From NCBI GenBank assembly GCA_026196035.1, contig JAPHQX010000055.1:1-63979 (forward strand): a stretch of DNA of 63,979 nt. Reading direction: 5' to 3'. This document shows positions 39,255 to 49,071 of this stretch, piece by piece (positions within the stretch are counted from its first letter, which is position 1; every line of letters starts with the position of its first letter). A program made the translations under genes and the position numbers. The notes under the pieces are model-generated. The model saw only the letters and a program-made list of their open reading frames with translations, did not search any database and had not been told where the DNA came from. The stretch is from Gammaproteobacteria bacterium. Its GTDB lineage: Bacteria; Pseudomonadota; Gammaproteobacteria; SZUA-229.

Positions 39255-41345
39255 GTGGCAAAAGAAAATAAAATTAATATTTTTATTATTGATGACTCAT
39301 TCAACAACGAAGAGAACGTTGTAAAAATATTGCGTACAGCAGGATATGCCGCACATACAACACGTGCTGAAGATGACGAAGATCTGATAAAAGCCCTGAA
39401 GAAAACAACACCTGACATCCTTCTTTATGTATTAGGCATGGAATTAATATCTCTTGAAGAAACCATCGCCTGTTTAAAAGAACATGCTAATGCACCTGTA
39501 CCTGTTATTGCCGTCAATCGTAAGGGACACGAAGGTGAAATCGTTAAAATCATGCGTGCCGGGGCACGAGATCTTACGGATTTTGAAACCCCAACCCACC
39601 TGGAACTGGTTATTATAAGAGAAGTAGAAGCATTCAAGGCCATAAAAAAATCACACTTGCTTGAACAATCAACTAAAGAAACTGAAAAACGCTGTGAAGC
39701 CTTACTTGACTCATCAAGAGATGCAATTGCTTATATTCACGAAGGCATGCATGTCTACTCTAACGAATCTTATCTTGAATTATTTGGTTTTAACGAATCC
39801 GAAGATCTCGAAGGCATGCCCATACTGGATATGGTTGGCATGGAAGACCGTGACACCTTTAAAACTTTCCTCAGAGAAAATTTTAAAGAAAACACCATGA
39901 AAACAAACCAGCTAAAAACAAGCCTAAGAAAGGCGGACAGTACTGAATTTGATGGCGAAATGGAGTTTTCACCTGCAACTATTGATGGTGAACCCTGTAT
40001 ACAGGTTATTATTCGAAACAAGGCAAACAGTGCCGAACTGGAAAAACAACTCGCTCTTATGAGCCAGAAAGACTCTGCTACAGGGCTATATAACAGACAA
40101 TTCTTCCATGATGCACTTGTTGAAAAAGTTCAACAGGCACAGGCAGGTAAGATAAAAGCCTGTGCATTATTGATTCATATTGATAACTTTAATGCCCTCA
40201 AAAAAGAAACAGGCGTTGTAGGAAGTGATCAGCTACTAAACGAAATATCTCGCATTTTTGAAAAAAACGTAAATAAAGACGATGTGCTGGCCCATTTTGA
40301 AAGCAATGTTTTCACTATTATTGCAATCGATCAAAACAATAACAGCATAGAAAAATATGCACAAAAAATAATCCAGGCAACACAGGACTATATTGCTAAT
40401 ATCAATAGCAAATCTATAAATCCAACCTGTACCATTGGCGCAACCATAATTGATGAAAATGCACCAGATAGCAGTGAAGTCCTGCTGCGTGCAGAACGAG
40501 CCATGGAAGAAGCTGAATCAAAAGGTGTAAGCCAGTTAGTGGTGTACCAGCCTAAAGAAGGCGAACTCACTCAGAAAGAAATTGATGCCAAAGTTGTTGA
40601 AGACATCAAAAAAGCGATTAAAGAAAGTCGTTTTGTACTTAACTTCCAGCCTATTGTCAGCTTACATGGCGATACAGACGAACGCTACGAAGTCCTTGTT
40701 CGCCTGCTTGACGAACAGGGAACTATTGTACCACCTGATGAATTCTTTCCCGCTGCAGAAAGAACCGGAATGTCGACCACAATAGATCGCTGCGTTCTAT
40801 TAAATACCATCACTACACTTACCCAACAATGGAAAAATGGTAAACGGACCATGTTCTTTGTGAAGTTATGCAATACTTCATTAAAAGATACAAATCTCAT
40901 GACCTGGTTAAAGGAACAGCTGAAGAAGTATAATGTTCCAAAAGACAGCCTTGTTTTTCAGGTAAAAGAAAGCATGGCAATTACCAGTCTTAAGTATACT
41001 GCTGAACTGGCCAAACAACTGAAAGAACTTAATTGTTCATTTGCCCTTGATGACTTCGGCACAGGTAATGACCCATTCAAACTACTCAAACATATCCCGG
41101 CAGATTACCTGAAATTAGAACGTTCATTCATGGAAAACCTGTCATCCAGCCCTGAAAATCAGGAAACCGTAAAAGCAATTACACAACAAGCCATGGAAAT
41201 GAACAAACTCACTATTGCACAGTGCGTTGAAGATGCAACAAGTCTGTCAGTTCTATGGGGTATGGGTATTAATTTCATTCAGGGTAATTTCCTGCAGGAA
41301 CCATCTCCTGACTTGAACTACGACTTCACATCCATGTCCGGCTAA
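39255..41345 (+). CDS. FimX-like REC(pseudo)-PAS-GGDEF(degenerate)-EAL protein
   Basis: 696 aa. The receiver lacks the acceptor Asp (PDILLYVLGM). The GGDEF site is replaced by FESNVF. The EAL domain has EVL, FALDDFGTG and QGNF motifs. Architecture and length resemble P. aeruginosa FimX. Confidence 0.8.
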   Translation: MAKENKINIFIIDDSFNNEENVVKILRTAGYAAHTTRAEDDEDLIKALKKTTPDILLYVLGMELISLEETIACLKEHANAPVPVIAVNRKGHEGEIVKIMRAGARDLTDFETPTHLELVIIREVEAFKAIKKSHLLEQSTKETEKRCEALLDSSRDAIAYIHEGMHVYSNESYLELFGFNESEDLEGMPILDMVGMEDRDTFKTFLRENFKENTMKTNQLKTSLRKADSTEFDGEMEFSPATIDGEPCIQVIIRNKANSAELEKQLALMSQKDSATGLYNRQFFHDALVEKVQQAQAGKIKACALLIHIDNFNALKKETGVVGSDQLLNEISRIFEKNVNKDDVLAHFESNVFTIIAIDQNNNSIEKYAQKIIQATQDYIANINSKSINPTCTIGATIIDENAPDSSEVLLRAERAMEEAESKGVSQLVVYQPKEGELTQKEIDAKVVEDIKKAIKESRFVLNFQPIVSLHGDTDERYEVLVRLLDEQGTIVPPDEFFPAAERTGMSTTIDRCVLLNTITTLTQQWKNGKRTMFFVKLCNTSLKDTNLMTWLKEQLKKYNVPKDSLVFQVKESMAITSLKYTAELAKQLKELNCSFALDDFGTGNDPFKLLKHIPADYLKLERSFMENLSSSPENQETVKAITQQAMEMNKLTIAQCVEDATSLSVLWGMGINFIQGNFLQEPSPDLNYDFTSMSG

Positions 41346-41551
41346 TTTTAATAGCAAATCTATTCTTTAATATGTGGACCAGGCGCTTACTTGCCGGTCA
41401 TATATGAAATATAAATATAACATCACTTACCATTGTGATAACACATACTTTTCACTGATACTCAATCCACTATTGACATATCAGAAATATGTGCTTTAAG
41501 TTATTAAATAATAAAAAGCTCAACCAATGAGCGCCTAAATGAGAAAAGAAC

Positions 41552-43198
41552 ATGCCTATTAAACGTGCCAGTCACTGCTTTAACAAGAAGTCTCGTCTTA
41601 TAAAAAAACCTGAAATAAATAACTCAGGCGCATCAAAGCTAAATCCACTTAATGGTAATAACATTAAAAACAAACTGGAAGGCCTGTTACAAAAACAAAA
41701 TGACTTCTTTCCCTGCTTCGACTGGTCATTTCCACCACCACTACTCAGCAAAAAACAACCGCCATCAGATGCCCGGAGCCTGTTCTCAAAACCCTCTGTC
41801 ATACCCGGCCGTTATTCAATATATCTGCATAGTCCATTTTGTAAATCCTTATGCAGCTTTTGCTATTATGCAATTATTCCCGGCAAAGGAATCGACTTTG
41901 CAGAGAAATACACTGACTATTTAATAAAAGAAATGTCTCTCTATGCTGAAACATTCCAGAATACCACCTGTGAATCAATCTACTTTGGAGGTGGAACACC
42001 CAGCTTCCTGGATGACCATTTACTGGCAAAAATTTTCGAGAATCTGAATACCCATTTTAAAATAGACGATAAGGCAGAAATTACAGTCGAAGCAGCGCCT
42101 GGTACTTTACCCAGAGAAAAAAGTGAATTCCTTAAGTCACTGGGTGTTAACAGACTGAGCTATGGCATCCAGACACTCGACGAAACCTTACTCTCAACTA
42201 TGAATAGAGACTATTCAGTAGACCAGGCGATCAATGAACTTCGATACGCTATAGATATAATAGGCAATATCAATGTTGATACTATGTATGGTTTTGATGG
42301 TGAAAATGAAAATACTTTAATTGAAACACTGCAAAAATTTCATGATATTGGTACTCCCAGCTTATCTATCTACGCACTTGATAAGCAACGCAGCAATGGG
42401 AAAGTTCTATTTGAACCGCCAAAAGATGAATACTATGAATATAAAATAAAACAATTTTCCAGAGCCGAAGAACACCTGATGTCACTAGGCTACAAGCCAG
42501 TCTTACAGAATATTTTTATCGATCCTGAGCGTGCCTCATATAGTCACCAGTTAAGGCGCTGGGATAACCTGCCTCTGCTATCTATGGGTATCAACTCACA
42601 GGGCTACGCGCCACAAAGAGCCTATCAGAACACAGGTAGTATGAAATCATATTATCAAATGATAGATGAAGGAAAACTACCCATAGCCACAATGGATGAA
42701 CTTGATTCTGAACTGGAAATATGCAGAGAATTAACCAGTAAACTTAGATTTACTTTTATCAGTGTGGGTGAATTTAAATATAAATATAATGTAGCTATTG
42801 ATGAAGTATTCAAAGATCTCATCAACGCACTGGTTGAAATGGGATACCTGGATCATAGCGGTGATATTATACGTATGACAGATAAAGCCAGCTATTACAA
42901 CAATATCATCCCTATGCTATTTGCACCGGACCATTTCAAAGAAGAATTACTGGGATTACCCGAAGAATACCTGGAATCATTCCCCGTTCCTCATATTATG
43001 ACTCAGCTGGGTAAAGCCCAGTCAAAATCATTTAACCTGCCTGATAACATGCATACGGTAAATATTGATCGCCGCATACACTGGAATAGACGAAAAAACA
43101 AAGGAATGGCTAACCAGCTTGATGATCAACGCGCAAGTCATGGGCGAAGAAGTTGTGATGGCATATGGAGCTGGTCAGCCATCAGCCATTTCAGCTAA
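41552..43198 (+). CDS. HemN-like radical SAM protein (oxygen-independent coproporphyrinogen oxidase family) with extended termini
   Basis: 548 aa. YLHSPFCKSLCSFCYY (CxxxCxxC) and FGGGTPS motifs. About 85 aa of basic/Pro-rich N-terminal extension and a basic C-terminal tail. Confidence 0.8.
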   Translation: MPIKRASHCFNKKSRLIKKPEINNSGASKLNPLNGNNIKNKLEGLLQKQNDFFPCFDWSFPPPLLSKKQPPSDARSLFSKPSVIPGRYSIYLHSPFCKSLCSFCYYAIIPGKGIDFAEKYTDYLIKEMSLYAETFQNTTCESIYFGGGTPSFLDDHLLAKIFENLNTHFKIDDKAEITVEAAPGTLPREKSEFLKSLGVNRLSYGIQTLDETLLSTMNRDYSVDQAINELRYAIDIIGNINVDTMYGFDGENENTLIETLQKFHDIGTPSLSIYALDKQRSNGKVLFEPPKDEYYEYKIKQFSRAEEHLMSLGYKPVLQNIFIDPERASYSHQLRRWDNLPLLSMGINSQGYAPQRAYQNTGSMKSYYQMIDEGKLPIATMDELDSELEICRELTSKLRFTFISVGEFKYKYNVAIDEVFKDLINALVEMGYLDHSGDIIRMTDKASYYNNIIPMLFAPDHFKEELLGLPEEYLESFPVPHIMTQLGKAQSKSFNLPDNMHTVNIDRRIHWNRRKNKGMANQLDDQRASHGRRSCDGIWSWSAISHFS

Positions 43199-43206
43199 TC
43201 ATTTAA

Positions 43207-43533
43207 TCAATGCTTAGCATGATATTTCTGTATCAATAACAGATGCTCTAACCTTACCCTTTCCAGAGGCAGATGATGTGCATAATTAATTGCTACATTT
43301 CCATCATCAATGCGTATAACTTTGCCTTTACAGGCAAAAGTATAATTATCTGAAAATTTTATTGTTCCACCCAGCTCGTCGCCAACAGTAAAATTGACAT
43401 TGCTATCAACTTTGAATTTCAAACCACCCTCAGAAATGTCGACAACCTCAAATTCATCATCCATTGATAATAAAGCGGGTCGGTCATTAAGTGGATACTC
43501 AACACGATAGTACTCTCGTTTTTGTTCTATCAT
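43207..43533 (-). CDS. Single-domain PilZ c-di-GMP receptor
   Basis: 108 aa. REYYR (RxxxR) and DISEGG (DxSxxG) at canonical spacing. Confidence 0.8.
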   Translation of the reverse strand: MIEQKREYYRVEYPLNDRPALLSMDDEFEVVDISEGGLKFKVDSNVNFTVGDELGGTIKFSDNYTFACKGKVIRIDDGNVAINYAHHLPLERVRLEHLLLIQKYHAKH

Positions 43534-43716
43534 TTATTCCCCCATTTACTCATCAGTCCAGATATCGAGGATTGTTATAAAACCGCATCCTCTTATTAAC
43601 TGTAGCCCTGATATTAAGCTATCTAGTATATCCTCTAAAAAAATCAGATTAATCACCTTTTCGAAGCATTATTAAATCAATTTAATTTATAAGCATTTGA
43701 TTATAAAGCATAAAAT

Positions 43717-44478
43717 CTAACCTATTCTGAGCATATGCCTGATGAATTTTCTGGCTGCCAGACTTGTTTTAGATTCAAAAAATTGTAACTCCATATCTGA
43801 CCTGAAATCTTTAAATAGCTTCATTCCTGCCAGCGCAATGGTATTAGCACCATCAACAGGAATTTCATAAAGAGTACCCGCGAATAATGTTTTCAATTCA
43901 TCAAGTGAACTCAGAGCATCAATACTGCCATGCAGAACATTAATAGCGATCATGCCATCAGCCGTTAGCAATGATTTAATAGATTTGATCTGCTCATCAA
44001 GCTGAATAGCAATATTGCCATTGTCATCAACACTGAATAAATCAATTATAATAAGATCATACTGCCTGACATGCTGGCTCGCAGTTTTCAGATAATTTTT
44101 AAAATCAGTAACATGAACAGTTAAGCGTTTACTCTTTACTGGTAAATCAAAATATTCAACGGCAACATCAACAACCGTCTGTCGAAGCTCAATAGCATCA
44201 ATCAAAACATGAGGAAAATGATGAAGTAAAAATTTTATCATTGAACCGCCACCCACACCCAGGAGCAGTACACGCTCAGGTGGCTGTATGGCCGTGATAC
44301 TTAACATCGCCTGAGTATAAGGATGTAACAAATTTACAGGGTTATATAAATACATGCCTGATTGCTGAGTTGCATTTCCAAAATGCATACTTCTAATGAC
44401 TTTTTTATAATCAACAACCTCGATAAGACCATGCTCATCTGTGGTCTGATATATCAAGCTACCACCATATTTTTTCAT
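43717..44478 (-). CDS. Spermidine synthase-like SAM-dependent (aminopropyl/methyl)transferase
   Basis: 253 aa. Class I MTase/PABS-like motif VLLLGVGGGSMIKFL and an IIIDLF acidic loop. Confidence 0.6.
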   Translation of the reverse strand: MKKYGGSLIYQTTDEHGLIEVVDYKKVIRSMHFGNATQQSGMYLYNPVNLLHPYTQAMLSITAIQPPERVLLLGVGGGSMIKFLLHHFPHVLIDAIELRQTVVDVAVEYFDLPVKSKRLTVHVTDFKNYLKTASQHVRQYDLIIIDLFSVDDNGNIAIQLDEQIKSIKSLLTADGMIAINVLHGSIDALSSLDELKTLFAGTLYEIPVDGANTIALAGMKLFKDFRSDMELQFFESKTSLAARKFIRHMLRIG

Positions 44479-44800
44479 TAAAAAAAGACCTGCACCTGAT
44501 GTTTTTGACTTTTATCTTATTTATAATCAACAACTTATAATAAAATCGACTCTGTGTTTTTCAACCGCGTAATACAAACATGAAAATTAATGATATTAGG
44601 TCTATAAATTAGATAACAGCCATCGAATTTAGCCTCAAAATAACAACACAAGCTTATTGAATTAACATTTTAATATTCAATATGCGGATAAATGAGGCCG
44701 TAACAAGGGCATCAGGAGCCACATATCAACAGGGAGTCGTTTCTTTCATAATCTTACAAAAAACAAGCAACCCTGGCGACATTTTATCAGGAGAATAAAA

Positions 44801-45031
44801 GTGCTCAGCTTAAGAAAAAACATCGGTCGACTAGACCAGATCATCAGAACAGGTATTAGCCTGTTACTAATATATGTAGGATTCATAGATACAAGCATTC
44901 TCAATGACACGTTAAGCTCAATGATTCTTGGCATCATTGGTTGCATGAGTCTGTTTGTTGCAATTGTTCGTATATGTCCGTTATACAGTGCATGTGGCAT
45001 TAATACGAATACAGAACATCAGGAAGATTAA
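44801..45031 (+). CDS. DUF2892 (YgaP C-terminal-like) small membrane protein
   Basis: 76 aa with a GTG start behind an AGGAG Shine-Dalgarno. Family motif GR.DQIIR..., two TM helices and CPLYSACGINT. Confidence 0.6.
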   Translation: MLSLRKNIGRLDQIIRTGISLLLIYVGFIDTSILNDTLSSMILGIIGCMSLFVAIVRICPLYSACGINTNTEHQED

Positions 45032-45040
45032 GTAAAAACG

Positions 45041-46957
45041 ATGCGCATATCGACTCAATTACTCATGGTAACTGTTGGTATAACCATATTATCTATGAGC
45101 GTCTTTGGGATAATTGCATCAAAAATTATGCTTGATTCAGCTCGAGCCGAACAAAGAGCACATTTAACAGATCTGGCAAATGACATTTTTCTGAATATCC
45201 CGAAAATCTATTCAAAAGATTCATTAAAACAATATTTAAATAAAATAAAAAACGAACTCCATAGAGAGAAAATCACACTAGTCGCCATTGAAAATAATCA
45301 GATTATTTACACTTCTAATAATGACTTCATAAAGTCATTATCCACAGCTGATCTTGAAATAATTGATTTCTCTGAAACAGATGAAACCAGATTTATATCA
45401 ATTTCTGGTATCCGGAATCTATATTTAACAAAGTCAATACAGGAGATGGGTTACCGACTTTTATTACTTGAACCAGAAATATCAATTGATCACCCTATAT
45501 CAACCACTCTTATCAAACGATTAATTACATCCGGCATAATTATTATCTGGGTAGCCATATGGATCGCACTTATTTTTGGCTCAGTTATAGCAAAACACCT
45601 GAAAGAGAAAAATATTGCGCTAAAACATCAGGCCATGCATGACACACTAACTAATTTACCCAATCGAACACTTCTAATGGATCGCCTTAAACAGGCGCAA
45701 TTAAATGCCCATCGTCAACTTAGCCCTTTTGTACTGATTATTCTGGACCTCGACAGTTTCAAGGAAATCAATGACACCATGGGGCATCATTATGGTGACG
45801 AACTATTAATTGAAGTAAGCAAAAGACTATTGGAATCCATCAGAGAAAATGATTCATTAGCTCGATTAGGCGGTGATGAATTCGCTATCTTATTACCCAA
45901 TACTGATTATAAGGGTGCCGAAATTTGTGCACATAGAGTACTAAGCATACTGGAACAACCACTAGAGATAAATGAAACTTTAATTGAAGTTAAAGCAAGT
46001 CTTGGCATCACTCTCTACCCGGAACATGGTGATAGCACCGACATGATCATGCAACACGCAGATGTTGCCATGTATCAGGCAAAACAAATTGGTGGTGGCA
46101 GCTATTCTTTTTATGATCCAGCTCTGGATTCCAATAGTGTAAGACGTTTAAAACTAATGACCAACTTACGTCACGCTATTGAGAATAATCTGCTTAATGT
46201 CCATTACCAGCCAATGATTGACCAGCAGCAGAATTGCACAATAGCAGTTGAAGTTCTGGCAAGATGGAATGATAAGGAATTAGGCTTTATACCCCCTGAT
46301 GAATTTATTCCAATAGCTGAACAAACAGGTACAATACGGCTCCTGACATTATGGGTACTTAATCAGGCTACACTCGATGCCAGCCACTGGAAAACCCTGG
46401 GACATAATATAAAAATAGCTGTAAATATTTCAACTAATTGCCTGCAGGACGCATCATTCCCGGATAAAATAAATCAGATAATTTCAAAGAATAATATCCT
46501 CGCAAGCGACATTGAACTTGAAATAACTGAAAGCGCATTAATGAGCGATCTTTCCAGAGCAAGACAAATTCTCGATCAACTACATGAGCTCGGCTTTAAA
46601 ATTTCAATCGATGATTTTGGAACCGGATTTTCATCACTGGCTTATTTGAAACAGTTACCCGTAGATGTACTAAAAATCGACAGATCATTTGTAGAAGACA
46701 TGAAAAACAATAAAAGCGATGCTGCCATTGTAAACACCATCATCCAGCTGGCACATAGCCTGAATTGTAAAGTCGTAGCTGAAGGCATTGAAGATGCTGA
46801 AACCTATGACTTATTAAAAGAACTTAACAATGATATTGCTCAGGGTTATTTAATTAGCAGGCCCATACCTGCGAACGACCTTGAACAATGGTTAGAAACA
46901 TCAGTCTGGAAACCCAGACAGAGCGTTATTGAAGAAACCAAACTTTCCGGAACATGA
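45041..46957 (+). CDS. Membrane sensor GGDEF-EAL protein
   Basis: 638 aa with two TM segments flanking a periplasmic region. GGDEF with an RxxD I-site (REND-SLARL-GGDEF). EAL domain has EVLARW, EITES and DDFGTGFSSL motifs. Confidence 0.9.
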   Translation: MRISTQLLMVTVGITILSMSVFGIIASKIMLDSARAEQRAHLTDLANDIFLNIPKIYSKDSLKQYLNKIKNELHREKITLVAIENNQIIYTSNNDFIKSLSTADLEIIDFSETDETRFISISGIRNLYLTKSIQEMGYRLLLLEPEISIDHPISTTLIKRLITSGIIIIWVAIWIALIFGSVIAKHLKEKNIALKHQAMHDTLTNLPNRTLLMDRLKQAQLNAHRQLSPFVLIILDLDSFKEINDTMGHHYGDELLIEVSKRLLESIRENDSLARLGGDEFAILLPNTDYKGAEICAHRVLSILEQPLEINETLIEVKASLGITLYPEHGDSTDMIMQHADVAMYQAKQIGGGSYSFYDPALDSNSVRRLKLMTNLRHAIENNLLNVHYQPMIDQQQNCTIAVEVLARWNDKELGFIPPDEFIPIAEQTGTIRLLTLWVLNQATLDASHWKTLGHNIKIAVNISTNCLQDASFPDKINQIISKNNILASDIELEITESALMSDLSRARQILDQLHELGFKISIDDFGTGFSSLAYLKQLPVDVLKIDRSFVEDMKNNKSDAAIVNTIIQLAHSLNCKVVAEGIEDAETYDLLKELNNDIAQGYLISRPIPANDLEQWLETSVWKPRQSVIEETKLSGT

Positions 46958-46979
46958 TTCAAACATACACATAATGAGA

Positions 46980-47525
46980 CTAATTCATATTTAACAGGAT
47001 ATGTGTATAACCCAGATTAATATAATCTTTAATTTGCGAAGGTCCTTCGGCTGCTACCCGAATATTCTCCGGAAATTCGGCATCTGATACACCCTTACGT
47101 TCTGCATAAGTCCCACACACATAAACAGGAATCTGCTGAGAGACAAGTGAATCAACCTGTGTTTTAAGATTTAAATTTTCTGACTGTTTTACAGCTGTTA
47201 AAGCAAACATTTCTCGACCATGACTAACAACTGCAATATCCAGATCAGGAAATTTCTTACGCAGGCGTTCAGACTGTTTTGCAACTTCTGGCATCGCCCA
47301 GTTCAAGAACAGAACATTTCGATTAATTATCTCAAAAACAATCCCTTCTGGAGCTTTATCAGATTTCAATAATGTTTCGATTTTAGTTAAATAAGCCGGT
47401 CCCTCTGCCAATACCGTAGAGGAGAAAAATGATAGATAACAGACAAAGAATAGAAAAGCATAACAACATGGCTTCTCGGAAAAACCTGAGACTATATAGC
47501 CTAATCGATTTTTATTTTTTTTCAT
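46980..47525 (-). CDS. Secreted hypothetical protein, possibly DsrE/DsrF-like fold
   Basis: 181 aa with a signal peptide. Only weak resemblance to the DsrE family (IVFEI..., AVVSHGREM, VYVCG). Low confidence. Confidence 0.35.
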   Translation of the reverse strand: MKKNKNRLGYIVSGFSEKPCCYAFLFFVCYLSFFSSTVLAEGPAYLTKIETLLKSDKAPEGIVFEIINRNVLFLNWAMPEVAKQSERLRKKFPDLDIAVVSHGREMFALTAVKQSENLNLKTQVDSLVSQQIPVYVCGTYAERKGVSDAEFPENIRVAAEGPSQIKDYINLGYTHILLNMN

Positions 47526-47871
47526 CCATCATCTTCTTTAAGTCAGCAAAGGGATTATGTGTTGCAACTTCTACTTTCTTTTCGCCATTACCGTATTCAC
47601 CACCGGTAATATAATCTTTATATCGAGAATGCTCATTATCGTGGCAGTAAATACACAACAGCTCCCAGTTACTTCCATCAGGTGGATTGTAATCGTGATT
47701 ATGATCCTTATGATGAACCGTTAGTTCCTGTAAATTCTTACGATTGAATTCACGTGCACAGCGTCCACATATCCAGGGATAGAGTTTTAATGCCTGTTCT
47801 CTATAACCTTTTTCACGCTGCTCTCGATTACGGCGAGCCTCAGCTACAACACGGTCCAGTTTGTCATTCAT
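47512..47871 (-). CDS. yajD: HNH nuclease family protein YajD
   Basis: 119 aa, colinear with E. coli YajD (YREQALKLYPWICGRCAREF, LTVHHKDHNHDYNPPDGSNWELLCIYCHDNEHS, NPFADLKKMM). Confidence 0.85.
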   Translation of the reverse strand: MNDKLDRVVAEARRNREQREKGYREQALKLYPWICGRCAREFNRKNLQELTVHHKDHNHDYNPPDGSNWELLCIYCHDNEHSRYKDYITGGEYGNGEKKVEVATHNPFADLKKMMDEKK

Positions 47872-47891
47872 AATTCTTCACCATTAAGCTA

Positions 47892-48167
47892 TCATGAGAT
47901 TCTGATACGGACAACATTCATAATTTCGACCTCCATTCCCGCCAGAGATTCCACTGTCGGATAATAAGTCAGATTCACTCGCTGACCTTTGACATTTTTA
48001 TAAGCCTTTTTACGTTTAAACCTGAACGGCACACTATAACCTTCAATCATCAAGGTATTAATAATCCAGTCGCCAGCTTCCCTCTGCACATGGGATTCAA
48101 CCTTCATCATATCGGTTTGTGTCAGCTTTTCATGCTTCTTAAGCAGTTTATCTACCGGAGACTTCAT
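47892..48167 (-). CDS. Hypothetical small protein
   Basis: 91 aa ORF upstream of yajD on the same strand. No family recognised. Confidence 0.4.
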   Translation of the reverse strand: MKSPVDKLLKKHEKLTQTDMMKVESHVQREAGDWIINTLMIEGYSVPFRFKRKKAYKNVKGQRVNLTYYPTVESLAGMEVEIMNVVRIRIS

Positions 48168-48477
48168 TATTTTTAATCATCACATTCAATCAGATCATAG
48201 TATTTTATCAGCATATGGGTGAATATTTTACTCTCTGCCAAAATAGGCTTCCATTCTCTCAAAACCACATTTAATATTTTCTACAAATATCTAATTGAAT
48301 AAATCACAGCCCCTATACTTTTTATATGTGATCTTCCTCAAAGTTCCACCATCATCCCTGACATTTGCTTGCTTTCCCCTGCCCCTGTGCTTGAATCTTA
48401 TCACCTGCTGTAAAAAGTATGTCTTCTGAAAATGATAACGACTCTTCTTAAAACAATAACTTATAAGTAGAGCTACT

Positions 48478-48870
48478 ATGTTAAACATAAAAAAACGATT
48501 ATTTGAAAGAAGGACAGACAGTCGCTATGTATCACCTCAGGAAACCGAAGTTATCATCCTGTTCTCATCTGAAAACCCGTCACTGATTGGCCAGACTATT
48601 GAGACCCATGCCATTGAGATTTCCCCTAAAGGCATCAGACTTGAAGTGGGCCATGAAATCAGCATTAATTCCGTCCTCGATATCGCGGTCAGGGTAAATG
48701 GACATGACCGGGCCTATCATCTAACAGGCAACGTCAGATGGCGTGTTCCATCATTAGATGGCAGCTACCATATAGGACTCATACTTCGAGAAAGGAACGA
48801 CATCAGATCAGATCTGAAAGCCTGGAAGGCTAACTTTAAACAGAACTTTACTTACGAAGAAGCGATGTAA
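48478..48870 (+). CDS. PilZ-like domain protein
   Basis: 130 aa. RRTDSR (RRxxxR) followed about 30 aa later by EISPKG, a (D/N)xSxxG motif with E in the first position. Confidence 0.6.
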   Translation: MLNIKKRLFERRTDSRYVSPQETEVIILFSSENPSLIGQTIETHAIEISPKGIRLEVGHEISINSVLDIAVRVNGHDRAYHLTGNVRWRVPSLDGSYHIGLILRERNDIRSDLKAWKANFKQNFTYEEAM

Positions 48871-48884
48871 CATCAGAAAACAAC

Positions 48885-48909
48885 AAAAGGGGCGTAAAGC
48901 CCCTTTTTT
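48885..48909 (+). terminator. Rho-independent terminator after the PilZ-like gene
   Basis: AAAAGGGGC-GTAAA-GCCCCTTTTTT, 15 nt after the stop codon. Confidence 0.8.
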
Positions 48910-49071
48910 GAATAAGCGCCTATCCAGATTCATACTCTAACTGAAATTCATTAGATCTAAATACAACACCCTCACGCTATATTAGAAATTACTAATAGAT
49001 AATTGCCCTGCATCAAAAACTTTTACTATCAACAGCGATATGGTTAACCGACAGAATATCAGGAAATCATT

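Noticed and set aside
44746-45000. 84-aa minus-strand ORF overlapping the DUF2892 gene
   Set aside because: It is antisense to a gene with a recognisable family motif (CPLYSACGINT) and a good Shine-Dalgarno. It has no motif of its own.
48291-48488. 65-aa minus-strand ORF in the spacer upstream of the PilZ-like gene
   Set aside because: It lies in AT-rich promoter-like DNA, has no Shine-Dalgarno, is basic and low-complexity, and overlaps the PilZ-like start codon.
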